A stretch of 64,000 bases of DNA from a virus (Duplodnaviria > Heunggongvirae > Uroviricota > Caudoviricetes): the IMG/VR virus record IMGVR_UViG_3300028048_001599; one strand, 5' to 3'. Position numbers and translations under genes: made by a program. Positions within the stretch are counted from its first letter, which is position 1; each line of letters begins with the position of its first letter. Of this stretch, positions 48,691-59,064 are shown in pieces. The notes below the pieces were generated by a model. The model saw only the letters and a list, made by a program, of their open reading frames with translations. It searched no databases and was not told the DNA's origin.

Positions 48691-50448
48691 ATGAAAAAAT
48701 TTATAAGTTCAGCACTCGCAATATCAATGTTACTTGGGGTAGTTTCATTGACAGGTTGTCAAAAAGAACCTGACCCATTGGAGCCTGTTAAGTATAAGAC
48801 TGTTCCAATGAAATACAGTAATGAAATTGCTCAAAAATCAAGCGTGGATACTGTTGTACGTTATTTCTATCTTATAAACAACGGTAAATTTGAGGAAGCA
48901 AATAAAATGATTGATAGGACAGATTTGTCTATATGCACTCCTGAAATTCTTGAATCACTTTATTCAAGAGTTGAAAATTATCAGCTTGGTGATTATAACC
49001 GAATTGTAGATGTAACCGTTGATGAAAATGTTGCTCATGTTACATTTATAAATCAAACTGATGACGACCATTCATTTGATGTATCATATGAGGAAGAAGA
49101 AATACCCGTATGGCTTGGTTCAACTACACCGTATGTTTCGGATGTGGGGTATGCATCGACTTACGAGATATCTGATTTGAATGAAGATGGGATAATTGAT
49201 GAAACCGATATGATGTGGGAAGATAACCCAGAGTTAAATCCTGATTATGAACCGCCTGAGTCTGTTGAATCATCATTATCAAGTGGACAAACAACATCTT
49301 CTGGGGCAAGAGTACCTTATTACTCTACAGGTATTGTTGAAGCACAACCCATGGCTATTGATATAGAAGATATTAAGAAAACGAGTAACTCTGAAACTTC
49401 GGGTGACAAAAAATCAAGTGAGAGTTCTACGGGTGATAAAAAGGGTGAAAAATCTGAAGTTTCCAAAAACTCAGAGGGGTCTAATGTATCAAAAGATAGA
49501 AAGACAAGTAAGACATCTAATGATAAAAATTCAAGTCAAGCATCGAATGATGAGGACTCAAAAAATTCATCTGTTTCAACTGCGGATAGTGAAGTAACTT
49601 CAAATGTAGAGCCATCAGAGGACGAAAATGGGCTTATTGATGGTATGCCCGCAGACATTTTTAAAGAAGAAACATTAACGGGGTATAAGACTTATACTAT
49701 GGATATTAACATTAATGTTGTTGATAACAATTATAAAGTAAAATTACCAGAATCAATGACAACTGACACTCGTTTAATGATAAAAGTTCCCGAAGATATG
49801 TACATCAAAGTAGGTGATCTTGAGTTAGATAAAACAATGATGAACCTTGAGGACTTTTATGTAATCAATAAGTTACCAAAGGTTGAAAAATTTGATTTAA
49901 CACTTGAAAACCTTATTTTGGGTTCTTCTAAGAAAACAATAGACTTGACAGAGCGTGTATATTACATATATTCAAACCTTGTTCCTACAAGAGAAATGAA
50001 AGACGCAGTATTGGGGTATATAAAACCTGCGATGCAATCTTTATATAATAATATGCTAAAAGGTACTGACTTTTCAAGTTCTTCATTTGCAAAAGATTAC
50101 GTATCAAACAATGGTAATATAAAGGGCATTAAGTTATATTACGATATGTATATAAATAGTAATATTAACTCAACAGTAAATAAGTCATACGAGGTAATAA
50201 GTGCAAAATTTCCACCTACTGATGATGAAGAAAAAGACAATTATGAAGTAAAGGCTGACCAATTTAGAGTAACTTCATACTATTATGTCGATGTTCCTGT
50301 TATTCTTCAAGTTCGTTCTAATACAGAGGATGCTGGTGATAAAGAAATAACAATGACAGAGATTTGTGGTATGGTTAGGCTTACAAAGCAGGATGGTAAA
50401 TGGTACATATGGGATATTTCTAAAGAACTAATGTTGTCAGATTATTAA
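48691..50448 (+). CDS. Lipoprotein with low-complexity insert and an EF-hand/dockerin-like motif
   Basis: MKKF..SLTGC lipobox; DLNEDGIIDETD Ca-binding-like loop; C-terminal LTKQDGKWYI. Confidence 0.75.
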   Translation: MKKFISSALAISMLLGVVSLTGCQKEPDPLEPVKYKTVPMKYSNEIAQKSSVDTVVRYFYLINNGKFEEANKMIDRTDLSICTPEILESLYSRVENYQLGDYNRIVDVTVDENVAHVTFINQTDDDHSFDVSYEEEEIPVWLGSTTPYVSDVGYASTYEISDLNEDGIIDETDMMWEDNPELNPDYEPPESVESSLSSGQTTSSGARVPYYSTGIVEAQPMAIDIEDIKKTSNSETSGDKKSSESSTGDKKGEKSEVSKNSEGSNVSKDRKTSKTSNDKNSSQASNDEDSKNSSVSTADSEVTSNVEPSEDENGLIDGMPADIFKEETLTGYKTYTMDININVVDNNYKVKLPESMTTDTRLMIKVPEDMYIKVGDLELDKTMMNLEDFYVINKLPKVEKFDLTLENLILGSSKKTIDLTERVYYIYSNLVPTREMKDAVLGYIKPAMQSLYNNMLKGTDFSSSSFAKDYVSNNGNIKGIKLYYDMYINSNINSTVNKSYEVISAKFPPTDDEEKDNYEVKADQFRVTSYYYVDVPVILQVRSNTEDAGDKEITMTEICGMVRLTKQDGKWYIWDISKELMLSDY

Positions 50449-50469
50449 TAAATAAGGAGGCAGGTATCG

Positions 50470-51855
50470 GTGGAGAAAGACTATGTTAATTTCTTGGAGA
50501 GTTGTTTAAACAAGTATGATACCGACTCTTGGAATGGTGATGGACTTACAATATTAGATACTTTAGGTTCTTTATCAGAACCAGTTCGTAAAGGTAATAT
50601 TCAAGTTTTTCGTAATCAATCAATTGATATATTTGGTAATGACCGTTTAGTAGCAACACCCGACTCATTGGGGGTATCTGAAGAAGAATATGAATCACTA
50701 AAACAAAGTATGTCATTTTTAATGGGATATGACCCCTGTTGTGGAGATGATACAAAATTAGAAATTGCTGACACTTCACAGTTTGATTCTTACTCAGAAA
50801 GAGACCTTGAGGAAGAACCATATACAATTGAAGAAATGATGGAAGATGAATCTGAGTTTCCAAATACATATGAGGAATATGACGAGGACGATGAAGATGA
50901 TGAAGATAGAGAAGAGTCCGATTATAACTTTTCTAATGATGAGGACGATGAAGATGATATTGTCGATGATGAAGACTTTTTAGATGTTGAAAGTACAGAT
51001 GATGATTTTCCAGACAACTATGAGGAACTCGATGACGATGACTTTGATGATTCTGATGATGACATCTCTGAGGATGAGGACTTTTTAGATGTTGAAGACA
51101 CTGACGATGATTTTTCAGATAACTATGAGGAAATTGATGACGACAGTGAGGAATCTGAGGATAGTGAAGAATACGATGATACTGATGAATTTCCTGACAA
51201 CTATGAGGAAATAGACGAAGACGAGGAAGATGAAGATGACTTCGACTTCCCAGATGAGGACTACGAGGAATCCGATGATGAGGACTCGGAGGAAGATGAA
51301 GATGACTTCGACTTCCCAGATGAGGACTACGAGGAATCCGATGATGAGGAGGAAGAATTTGACGACTTTGATTTTCCAGATGAATACGAGGAGTTAGACG
51401 AAGAAGATGAGGAAGAGGACGATGACTTTAAGTCACCAGATGAGGACTATGAGGAATTGGATGATTTTGAGGATGAAGAGGATGAGGACTTTGATTTTCC
51501 TGACGAGGACTACGAGGAGTCTGATGATGACGAGGAGTCTGAGGAGGATGACGAGTTCAGGTCACCTGATGAAGACTTGGATGATTTTGAGGACGAAGAT
51601 GACGAGGACGATATTCCTCGAAATCAACATTCCAGTGACTTAGGCGAATTTGATGGACGTCCACAAAATAATATTAATACAAACGGTTTAAATAGGAATA
51701 CGGGTGGTATAAATTTATCACCATCTCCTATAATTAATAAAGAAAGTAGTTCAGATAAATTAGCAAATAGTCTTGTAAAGGTTCTGAAAGTACCTGGGGC
51801 AACCAAAAGTTTCTTTGGTAGGTTTATTATTTCGGACGATGATACAGAAGATTGA
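50470..51855 (+). CDS. Extremely acidic (Asp/Glu-rich) repeat protein
   Basis: About 270 aa of DDFDFPDEDYEESDD-type repeats; RBS AAGGAGG. Confidence 0.8.
   Translation: MEKDYVNFLESCLNKYDTDSWNGDGLTILDTLGSLSEPVRKGNIQVFRNQSIDIFGNDRLVATPDSLGVSEEEYESLKQSMSFLMGYDPCCGDDTKLEIADTSQFDSYSERDLEEEPYTIEEMMEDESEFPNTYEEYDEDDEDDEDREESDYNFSNDEDDEDDIVDDEDFLDVESTDDDFPDNYEELDDDDFDDSDDDISEDEDFLDVEDTDDDFSDNYEEIDDDSEESEDSEEYDDTDEFPDNYEEIDEDEEDEDDFDFPDEDYEESDDEDSEEDEDDFDFPDEDYEESDDEEEEFDDFDFPDEYEELDEEDEEEDDDFKSPDEDYEELDDFEDEEDEDFDFPDEDYEESDDDEESEEDDEFRSPDEDLDDFEDEDDEDDIPRNQHSSDLGEFDGRPQNNINTNGLNRNTGGINLSPSPIINKESSSDKLANSLVKVLKVPGATKSFFGRFIISDDDTED
51223..51350 (+). repeat. 66-bp-period coding duplication in the acidic protein
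   Basis: GAGGAAGATGAAGATGACTTCGACTTCCCAGATGAGGACTACGAGGAATCCGATGATGAGGA at 51223 and 51289. Confidence 0.9.
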
Positions 51856-51916
51856 TAACTACATTCTTGGTACATAAACCAACAAAAAATAAATAAAAAG
51901 TAAAGGTGGATAACAA

Positions 51917-52909
51917 ATGTTTACAGCAAAAGAAATGTTCGGGGTAACTGTTAAGGGTGCCCTCGAAAAGCGTGTTCAGACAATTGACTTTAATGGTGCA
52001 GACGCTGACGGTGTTGTTGAGAAAACAAACGCTGTTATAGGTGAAAGTAGACTTATGGCAGATGTTCCGGATTACCTTTCTGTAATCACACTTCATTATG
52101 ATACAGATGGTACTTCTGTTGATTCTGTTAAGCTTACTCTCAAAACTCGTGTAAGAGATGCAATTAATGACGACAATCTTAAGATTTCTACAATTATTCC
52201 TTATAATGATAGTTATAAGGAGACACTTGTTAACTTTGTCGCAAGATGGGTTGACGGTTACTTTGTAGCATTTAAGGCTCAGTCTAATGCTGAAGCACTT
52301 AATGAAGTTATTGCTCCGCTTTGTGGAGAAATTAAGGTATCTTTCGCATACAGTGACCTTGTAATTGTTTCTATGACAAACGATTCTGTAGTTCTCGGTC
52401 TTTCCGCTGAGGCACTTGCATACGCTACTGAACTTGATATTTTTAGTTCTATTGCATATGTAAGTTCTAAGGCACGTGAGGTTCTTGGTGCTTCACTTCA
52501 GACTCTCACAACTCCGTATGAGGTACTTACAACAAAGAATCGTATTCTTAAACAGCTTGGTGTATATACAAGAGTTGGGGTATCAAAACTCCTTAAGAAA
52601 ACATATAAGAAGAATATCAGCACAGCTGCAGCAGCACTTGAAGCACTCAATGCTAAGAGGGCTAAGGAGTTCCCGAATACCGACCCGATTGTTGAGTCAC
52701 CTGTTAGTAGATTTGAGTACACAGATGAAGCAGGTTCATTCTTTGGTCTTGTTAAGTGTGTCAAGTCTGAGGCAGTAAAGGAAGGTACACCTGTTGCACT
52801 TGACAAGGATGGTTACTCATATATAATTATTCTGTCACCGTTCGATAAGAAGATGCAGGTTCTTTCTGATGAGGACACAGCAGTTCTTCTTGAGTCACAG
52901 ATTGCATAA
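51917..52909 (+). CDS. Hypothetical protein
   Basis: 330 aa ORF with RBS AAAGGTGG and strong codon bias (CTT, GCT, AAG). Confidence 0.8.
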   Translation: MFTAKEMFGVTVKGALEKRVQTIDFNGADADGVVEKTNAVIGESRLMADVPDYLSVITLHYDTDGTSVDSVKLTLKTRVRDAINDDNLKISTIIPYNDSYKETLVNFVARWVDGYFVAFKAQSNAEALNEVIAPLCGEIKVSFAYSDLVIVSMTNDSVVLGLSAEALAYATELDIFSSIAYVSSKAREVLGASLQTLTTPYEVLTTKNRILKQLGVYTRVGVSKLLKKTYKKNISTAAAALEALNAKRAKEFPNTDPIVESPVSRFEYTDEAGSFFGLVKCVKSEAVKEGTPVALDKDGYSYIIILSPFDKKMQVLSDEDTAVLLESQIA

Positions 52910-52937
52910 AAATAAAATTCCTCATAAGTGGGGTATC

Positions 52938-52965
52938 AAGCACCACCTTTATTGGTGGTGCTTTT
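52938..52965 (+). terminator. Rho-independent terminator
   Basis: AAGCACCACC/GGTGGTGCTT followed by TT. Confidence 0.75.
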
Positions 52966-52992
52966 ATTAGGTATAAGGTGGTGTTATAAAAA

Positions 52993-54855
52993 ATGGCTAT
53001 TGATACTAATATTGATTTTGATTTTGTTGATACTGAATATTCAGAAAAATCAAGTGTTTCAAATAATTGTTCTTATTACACAGTAAGGAGTGATAGAACT
53101 CATTCAATAGAAATGTATAAATCCATGAGTAATATACTTGTATATAAAATACCATACGAAGTAATTAAAAATAAAACAATGGAATTAAAGATAGAGAATA
53201 GATTTATTGTTTACATTTTATATGGAGAGAACAACTCAGGTAAACCTGTAATATATGTAGGAAAATCCAAGAATGGGGTATCAAATAGACCACAATCTCA
53301 TGAAGATAAGTATAGTAATTGGTCAGTTTGTTACATTTTAACTTCTCAAGAATTACGTTCATTTTTTAATGATGGAACAATTCATTATATTGAGGATAAA
53401 GTAAAGATGAAAGTTACCGAAACAAATCGGTTTATAAATACAACAGAAAAAACAACAAAAGGAACAGCAAATCGTAGAGATATGTTTAATTGCGATGAAT
53501 ACTTAAGAGAAGTATATGATATGTTATATATTTTAGGGCTTGATTTAATTACAGTCGATAGTCTATCTGATACAAATGTATCATTTAAAAAAGATTCTTT
53601 GTATGATGAGATTTTAACTAGTATTATGAACTATAATCAGGACTTTGTATCTATGAAGAAGCAAAAAGATAATATATCATATCATCTAATTTACTTTAAT
53701 AAGAAAATTGTTTGTAAATTAGTTCAATACGATATTGATATTAGGGTTTATTTTACGATTGATAATAATGAATATTTTATTCCCATAAATGAAAATGTTA
53801 ATGTACTTGAAAATAAAACAAAGTTTAACATAGAATTAGTATTAAATAATGAAGTCGATGTTGATTCACTTTATCATTTAATAGATACAGTAGTGTTGAT
53901 AATTCAGGGTAAAACTGTAGATTTAGATTCATTATTACTATCGAAAAATAATAAACAATCGAGTGTTTCAGATTCTACAGTGGGATGTTTATCTGAATAT
54001 TTAGTTGAAGCTACTACTAACGATTCAATTGAAGCCAAATCAGGTAAATTGAAAACAATAGAACAAGGTTCAATTTTAAAAGTACCTGATAAAATAAAAA
54101 GTGTTTATAATATGGTTATAGCTTACTTGTATAATTTTCAACCTAATTTTGTATTTGTTGAGCGTTCTACTTTTGTAATTGTATACTACAAAGATTCAAA
54201 GTTATGTATAATAACTCCACGCTCGGATAAAATAAAGTTTAATTTTTACATACAAGAATCAGACATTGATGATAGATTCATGGATAGAATTAAGTTCATA
54301 TTATTTGATGGTCGAAATACTGCGGAAATAAACGTGAAATCCATGGTAGATTTACCACTACTTGATTATTGTTTACAAGTTACCGCAAGATTAGAGAACT
54401 TTATACAGCATAGTGGTATCGCTGATGGTAAACCGACATTTGTTTCCAATGTATTATTTGATAGGTCTGGGTCAAAATTTGAGTCGGTACCTGAGCACAA
54501 GCGTATGGCAATAAGAGATGGCGTAAAAGAACTTTATGATTTTGTTGTAACCTACATTATGGAATTATCAAGTAGTATAATGAAGGTCGAAAAACAAGTT
54601 TCAACCAATTTTTACTATGACAAAATAAGCGTATGTTGTATTATAGCACAGTCAACACGTTTAAAAATGTACTTTGATATAAAATATTCAGATGTTCCTG
54701 AATCATTACTTACTGATAGCATCAAAGACGTAGTTGGTATAGGTCATAACGGCACAGGTGATGTCATGCTAACCGTGGAAACGATGACAGATTTACCTGT
54801 GTTAAATGATTTATTAAAGATAAGTATAAGCAAGAATTGTGGGGTAGTACTTTAA
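52993..54855 (+). CDS. GIY-YIG nuclease-domain protein with about three DUF5655-like C-terminal repeats
   Basis: VYILYG...IYVGKS..NR..SH..K and YIE motifs; C-terminal DVVGIGHNGTGDVMLTV; two earlier similar beta-rich units. Confidence 0.7.
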   Translation: MAIDTNIDFDFVDTEYSEKSSVSNNCSYYTVRSDRTHSIEMYKSMSNILVYKIPYEVIKNKTMELKIENRFIVYILYGENNSGKPVIYVGKSKNGVSNRPQSHEDKYSNWSVCYILTSQELRSFFNDGTIHYIEDKVKMKVTETNRFINTTEKTTKGTANRRDMFNCDEYLREVYDMLYILGLDLITVDSLSDTNVSFKKDSLYDEILTSIMNYNQDFVSMKKQKDNISYHLIYFNKKIVCKLVQYDIDIRVYFTIDNNEYFIPINENVNVLENKTKFNIELVLNNEVDVDSLYHLIDTVVLIIQGKTVDLDSLLLSKNNKQSSVSDSTVGCLSEYLVEATTNDSIEAKSGKLKTIEQGSILKVPDKIKSVYNMVIAYLYNFQPNFVFVERSTFVIVYYKDSKLCIITPRSDKIKFNFYIQESDIDDRFMDRIKFILFDGRNTAEINVKSMVDLPLLDYCLQVTARLENFIQHSGIADGKPTFVSNVLFDRSGSKFESVPEHKRMAIRDGVKELYDFVVTYIMELSSSIMKVEKQVSTNFYYDKISVCCIIAQSTRLKMYFDIKYSDVPESLLTDSIKDVVGIGHNGTGDVMLTVETMTDLPVLNDLLKISISKNCGVVL

Positions 54856-55181
54856 TTATCATTTATGAAATATTATAAATTTGGTCACATTTAGTTTTCA
54901 ATTTACTTAATTTATTTTATTGGAATTATTATGTGAAAATGACTACATTTAAATTCTGTAAAGGATGGTCTTTATGTACATCAGAGCAATTCAGGGGGAC
55001 GACTTCCGTTACCCTTGAAATACTCAGGTAGTTTTCGACACAGGTAATAAAGCCATTGTTTGTGGTGTTAGTTCAGCTGCAAGTTCTACCGAAAAAAGAG
55101 TTGGTAATGAATTGTATGCTGAACGTACAATAGTATTAATAACTGATTGATAAATGATACTTGTTTATGTACTTAAAGATT

Positions 55182-55213
55182 ATATCCCGATATGAAAATA
55201 TCGGGATATTTTT
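55182..55213 (+). terminator. Rho-independent terminator
   Basis: ATATCCCGATAT/ATATCGGGATAT followed by a T-run. Confidence 0.7.
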
Positions 55214-55254
55214 ATTTATAATAGAAGTTAGACAATTCAGAGGTGTTCAAAGAC

Positions 55255-58200
55255 ATGAGTAAATTAATTAAGGACTTTATGGAAAAGTGGTCTACACGTG
55301 GTAGTGAAAAATCAGAGTCACAATCGTATTGGATTGAGTTATTACAAACATTGGGGGTACAGAAACCCACTAACTTTATTCAATTTGAGAAGACTGTTAA
55401 GGATGGTAGGAACACAATTTATATTGATGGTTATATTCCAAAAACGAAGGTTCTAATTGAAATGAAGTCATCAACAATAAATCTTGACGATAAACTTGTA
55501 CAGTCTAATGGGGACAAACTCACTCCATTTGAACAAGCACAGAAGTATATTGTGCATCTTCCTCGTTCAGAGCATCCACGTTATGTTGTAACATGTAATT
55601 TTAAGGAAATTCGTGTATATGACATGGAGAATCCTAATAATGCACCAGTAAGTATATTTATCAACGAGTTGAATACACAGTCTTACCGTCTTTCATTTTT
55701 AATCAAAGAGGACAATGTACACCTTGAGCGTCAGGTCAAGGTATCAAAGGAGGCTGTTCAGCTTATTTCTAAATTATACGATGCATTTTCGAAGCAATAT
55801 AAGACGATTAACGAGGAGACATCAAGAAATCTCAATATTCTTTGTGTACGTATAGTATTTTGTTTATTTGCAGACGACAGTGGATTGTTTGAAAAGAACC
55901 AGTTCATCAACTTTATTCAAAATAGCAACGTAGGTCTTGCGCGTCAAAACCTTATAAACTTATTTAAGGTACTTGATACAGATGAAAAAGACCGTGACCC
56001 GTATGACACATCAGGTATAAATAGTTTTCCATACGTAAATGGTGGACTTTTCAAAGAAGTTATAACAATACCAACTATTACCGAGGACATGTTAGAAACC
56101 CTTGTCACAGTAGCTGAGTTTGACTGGTCACAGATTAGTCCTACGATATTCGGTTCTATTTTTGAGAGTACATTGTCTGCAAAGCGTAGACACGAAAATG
56201 GTATGCACTACACGTCGGTAGTCAACATTCATAAGGTAATTGACAATTTGTTCCTTGACGAGTTCTACGCTGAGTTTGACCGAATAAGGGGTATAGAGCG
56301 TAAGACACTTCGTAGTTTGGAGTTAAGGAAATTTCAGATGAAGCTTGCTACATACAAGTTTCTTGACCCTGCCTGTGGTTCAGGTAACTTCTTGACTGAA
56401 ACTTATACATGTATTCGTAGACTTGAAAATGAAATTATACGTGAAATCCGTAAGTGTGACACATCACTTTTTCCATCCACCGAGTCACCTATTAAGGTCA
56501 ACATTCATCAATTCTATGGTATCGAGATAGATGATTTTGCAGTATCCGTAGCAAGAACAGCACTATGGATAGCTGAGGCACAAATGTTTGAAGAAACAAA
56601 GGACATTGGTTTTGATATTGACTTTTTCCCACTGAAGTCAAACAATAACATTGTAGAAGGTAACGCACTGCGTATTGATTGGGCGGAAGTCGTAGGAGGG
56701 GTAGACACATTAAATTACATTATAGGTAACCCACCGTTCTTAGGTTCTAAGAAAATGTCAAAAGAGCAGCATAGTGAAGTTAATTCTATTTTTGATAAAA
56801 AAGAATGGAGCAGATCGGGAAATTTTGATTATGTACTTTGTTGGTTTAAGAAAGCTGTCGATATGATGTTAAAGAATAATAAGATAAAGGCGGCACTTGT
56901 AGCAACTAATTCAATATGTCAAGGTGAGCCAGTAGGGACTTTTTGGAAAAGGGCAATAGGTTTAGGTATTAATATCAATTTTGCATATACATCATTTTTG
57001 TGGGATAACGGGGCAGATTTGGAGGCGTCAGTTTTTGTTGTTATTGTAGGGTTTGATACTAATAATGAAAGTAACAAATATATAATAGACAGTAATGGTT
57101 TTGTTTCAGAAGCTAACAACATAAGTCCATATTTAATAGATGCTGACGATGCAATAGTTGAAACTACAAATGTTCCATTATGTAATGTACCTAAGATGTC
57201 GTTTGGTTGTATGGCTTATGACGATGGATATTTGTCAAAAATCAGTGTAGAAGATAAAAAGGATATATGTAATAAATATCCTGAGTCAGAGAAATATTTT
57301 AGACGTATATTAAGTGGTTTAGAATATTTGCATAATAAGGAAAGATGGTGTTTATGGTTAGAAGATGTGGAAATTGATGAATTAAAAGGTATACCTCCCA
57401 TATATGAGCGTGTGGAGAGTGTTAGAAGTTATAGATTAAGTAGTAAAAGCAAAGCAACATTTGAAGCAGCTCATACACCTACGTTATTTTTAATACGTAA
57501 GCAGCCAAGGAGTAATTATTTAGCTGTTCCTATGGTGTCATCTGAGAAAAGAAAATATATACCAGTAGAGTATATGACAAATGATGAAATTGTATTAAAT
57601 ACGATTTATTATATTGAGGATGCACCAAAATGGTTATTTAGTATAATGACAGCTGACTTACATACAATTTGGGTTCACTTGGTATGTGCAAGGATGAAAA
57701 AAGATATTCATTATTCAAGCACAATATGTTATAATGCATTTCCATTTATCACACCAACACCTGAAGAAGAAAACAAACTTACAGAACTTGCAAATAACAT
57801 ATTACAAGCTCGTGCAAATCATCCTAATAAATCACTTGCAGACTTGTACGACCCTGAAAATATGCCTGACGACTTGCGTAAAGCACATAAAGAAAATGAT
57901 ATCTACGTGCGTAGTCTGTATGGTTTTAAACCCGACGATACAAAGGAGCACATTCTTGCAGGACTTCTCACTTGTTATAAAGCACTGTCTACAGGTCAAA
58001 TTCCCGAAGGTTGGATAAATGTTAAGAAAACAAACTTTGTCAATAAGGAACTTGAGAAACCTGTGACACGTGCAATTAGTATAATAAGTAAGGCTAAATC
58101 TATTGTAGACCATAGAATATCTGAACTAAAACCTACAGATAATACATATGGTATGTTATCTTTTATATCGAATAAACTTAAAAACTTTTACAGTATTCTC

Positions 58201-58806
58201 ACAACTGTAGATTTCACTCCGAAAAATATGAGGAAAATAGTAACAGGGGTAGAAAAGATAGTATCACTTGCTGTTCCATCTAACTCAAAGTCACTTCAGG
58301 ATACTGCTAAGTCCTTTGAAGACATCTTGAATAATTATGAAGCCGACATTGATTATGATTACAGTACTCGTCTACTTAAACTTGTGTCTATGTTGGACTC
58401 ACTTGTTCAGATAGATACACCTGTATCGATGTCTGACTTGCGTTCAATATTAGGTATCGAATCGGAGGATGGTATAACAAATAAGTACTTCCTTAGTGAC
58501 GGGGTATCGGGTTTATTACTTGAAGATATTCAGACAGACCTTAACACTATAACACTTACCGTATCTGATGGTAGTCCTGTTCATGATTATTTATCACAGT
58601 TAATTCAAGGTAAAGCTCTTAATATGTCAACATCAACTATTTTATATGTAGCTCAGGACACCGGTTCTCTTGATTGCTTAGCTTCAAAATACGGGGTAAC
58701 AATAGTTATAACCGAAGAAAAAGGCAATAAAATCACAGCAACTATAGTAATAAATGGCAAAATCAGTGATGTATTGTTTTACTTAGACAATAATAAAGAA
58801 ATGTAA
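55255..58806 (+). CDS. MmeI-like Type IIL restriction-modification enzyme (m6A MTase + nuclease) with extra C-terminal domain
   Basis: SEKSESQSYW, IDGY..VLIEMKS nuclease motif, FPYVNGGLF, GMHYTS, motif I FLDPACGSGNFL, motif IV GNPPF, SLADLYDP..MP.DLRKAH. Confidence 0.9.
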   Translation: MSKLIKDFMEKWSTRGSEKSESQSYWIELLQTLGVQKPTNFIQFEKTVKDGRNTIYIDGYIPKTKVLIEMKSSTINLDDKLVQSNGDKLTPFEQAQKYIVHLPRSEHPRYVVTCNFKEIRVYDMENPNNAPVSIFINELNTQSYRLSFLIKEDNVHLERQVKVSKEAVQLISKLYDAFSKQYKTINEETSRNLNILCVRIVFCLFADDSGLFEKNQFINFIQNSNVGLARQNLINLFKVLDTDEKDRDPYDTSGINSFPYVNGGLFKEVITIPTITEDMLETLVTVAEFDWSQISPTIFGSIFESTLSAKRRHENGMHYTSVVNIHKVIDNLFLDEFYAEFDRIRGIERKTLRSLELRKFQMKLATYKFLDPACGSGNFLTETYTCIRRLENEIIREIRKCDTSLFPSTESPIKVNIHQFYGIEIDDFAVSVARTALWIAEAQMFEETKDIGFDIDFFPLKSNNNIVEGNALRIDWAEVVGGVDTLNYIIGNPPFLGSKKMSKEQHSEVNSIFDKKEWSRSGNFDYVLCWFKKAVDMMLKNNKIKAALVATNSICQGEPVGTFWKRAIGLGININFAYTSFLWDNGADLEASVFVVIVGFDTNNESNKYIIDSNGFVSEANNISPYLIDADDAIVETTNVPLCNVPKMSFGCMAYDDGYLSKISVEDKKDICNKYPESEKYFRRILSGLEYLHNKERWCLWLEDVEIDELKGIPPIYERVESVRSYRLSSKSKATFEAAHTPTLFLIRKQPRSNYLAVPMVSSEKRKYIPVEYMTNDEIVLNTIYYIEDAPKWLFSIMTADLHTIWVHLVCARMKKDIHYSSTICYNAFPFITPTPEEENKLTELANNILQARANHPNKSLADLYDPENMPDDLRKAHKENDIYVRSLYGFKPDDTKEHILAGLLTCYKALSTGQIPEGWINVKKTNFVNKELEKPVTRAISIISKAKSIVDHRISELKPTDNTYGMLSFISNKLKNFYSILTTVDFTPKNMRKIVTGVEKIVSLAVPSNSKSLQDTAKSFEDILNNYEADIDYDYSTRLLKLVSMLDSLVQIDTPVSMSDLRSILGIESEDGITNKYFLSDGVSGLLLEDIQTDLNTITLTVSDGSPVHDYLSQLIQGKALNMSTSTILYVAQDTGSLDCLASKYGVTIVITEEKGNKITATIVINGKISDVLFYLDNNKEM

Positions 58807-58815
58807 TATCAATAG

Positions 58816-58849
58816 AAGGTATATTTGACTTGTTCAGGTATACCTTTTT
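58816..58849 (+). terminator. Terminator-like palindrome; related copy at 58961-58989
   Basis: AAGGTATATTTGA-CTTGT-TCAGGTATACCTT followed by TTT. Confidence 0.65.
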
Positions 58850-58861
58850 AAACTGATAAAT

Positions 58862-58909
58862 CTCAAACACTCAAACACTCAAACATTCAAGCACTCAAAC
58901 ATTCAAGCA
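58862..58909 (+). repeat. Non-coding 8-bp tandem array (YTCAARCA x6)
   Basis: CTCAAACA CTCAAACA CTCAAACA TTCAAGCA CTCAAACA TTCAAGCA. Confidence 0.9.
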
Positions 58910-59064
58910 CTGTGCCAAATTCTCAGGTATGTTTATATAAGTGAAGAAAAAGAAATAAATGGGTATACTTGATAAATTCAGGTATACCTCTATTCATTTT
59001 TCAACATGAGTTATTTTGTCATCACTCACGTTCATAATTAACAATAATTTCAAGGAGTGATAAT

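Noticed and set aside
58862-58909. CRISPR array in the tandem or direct repeats
   Set aside because: No repeat-spacer alternation here or at 22201, 24193/28774 or 51223; no cas genes seen.
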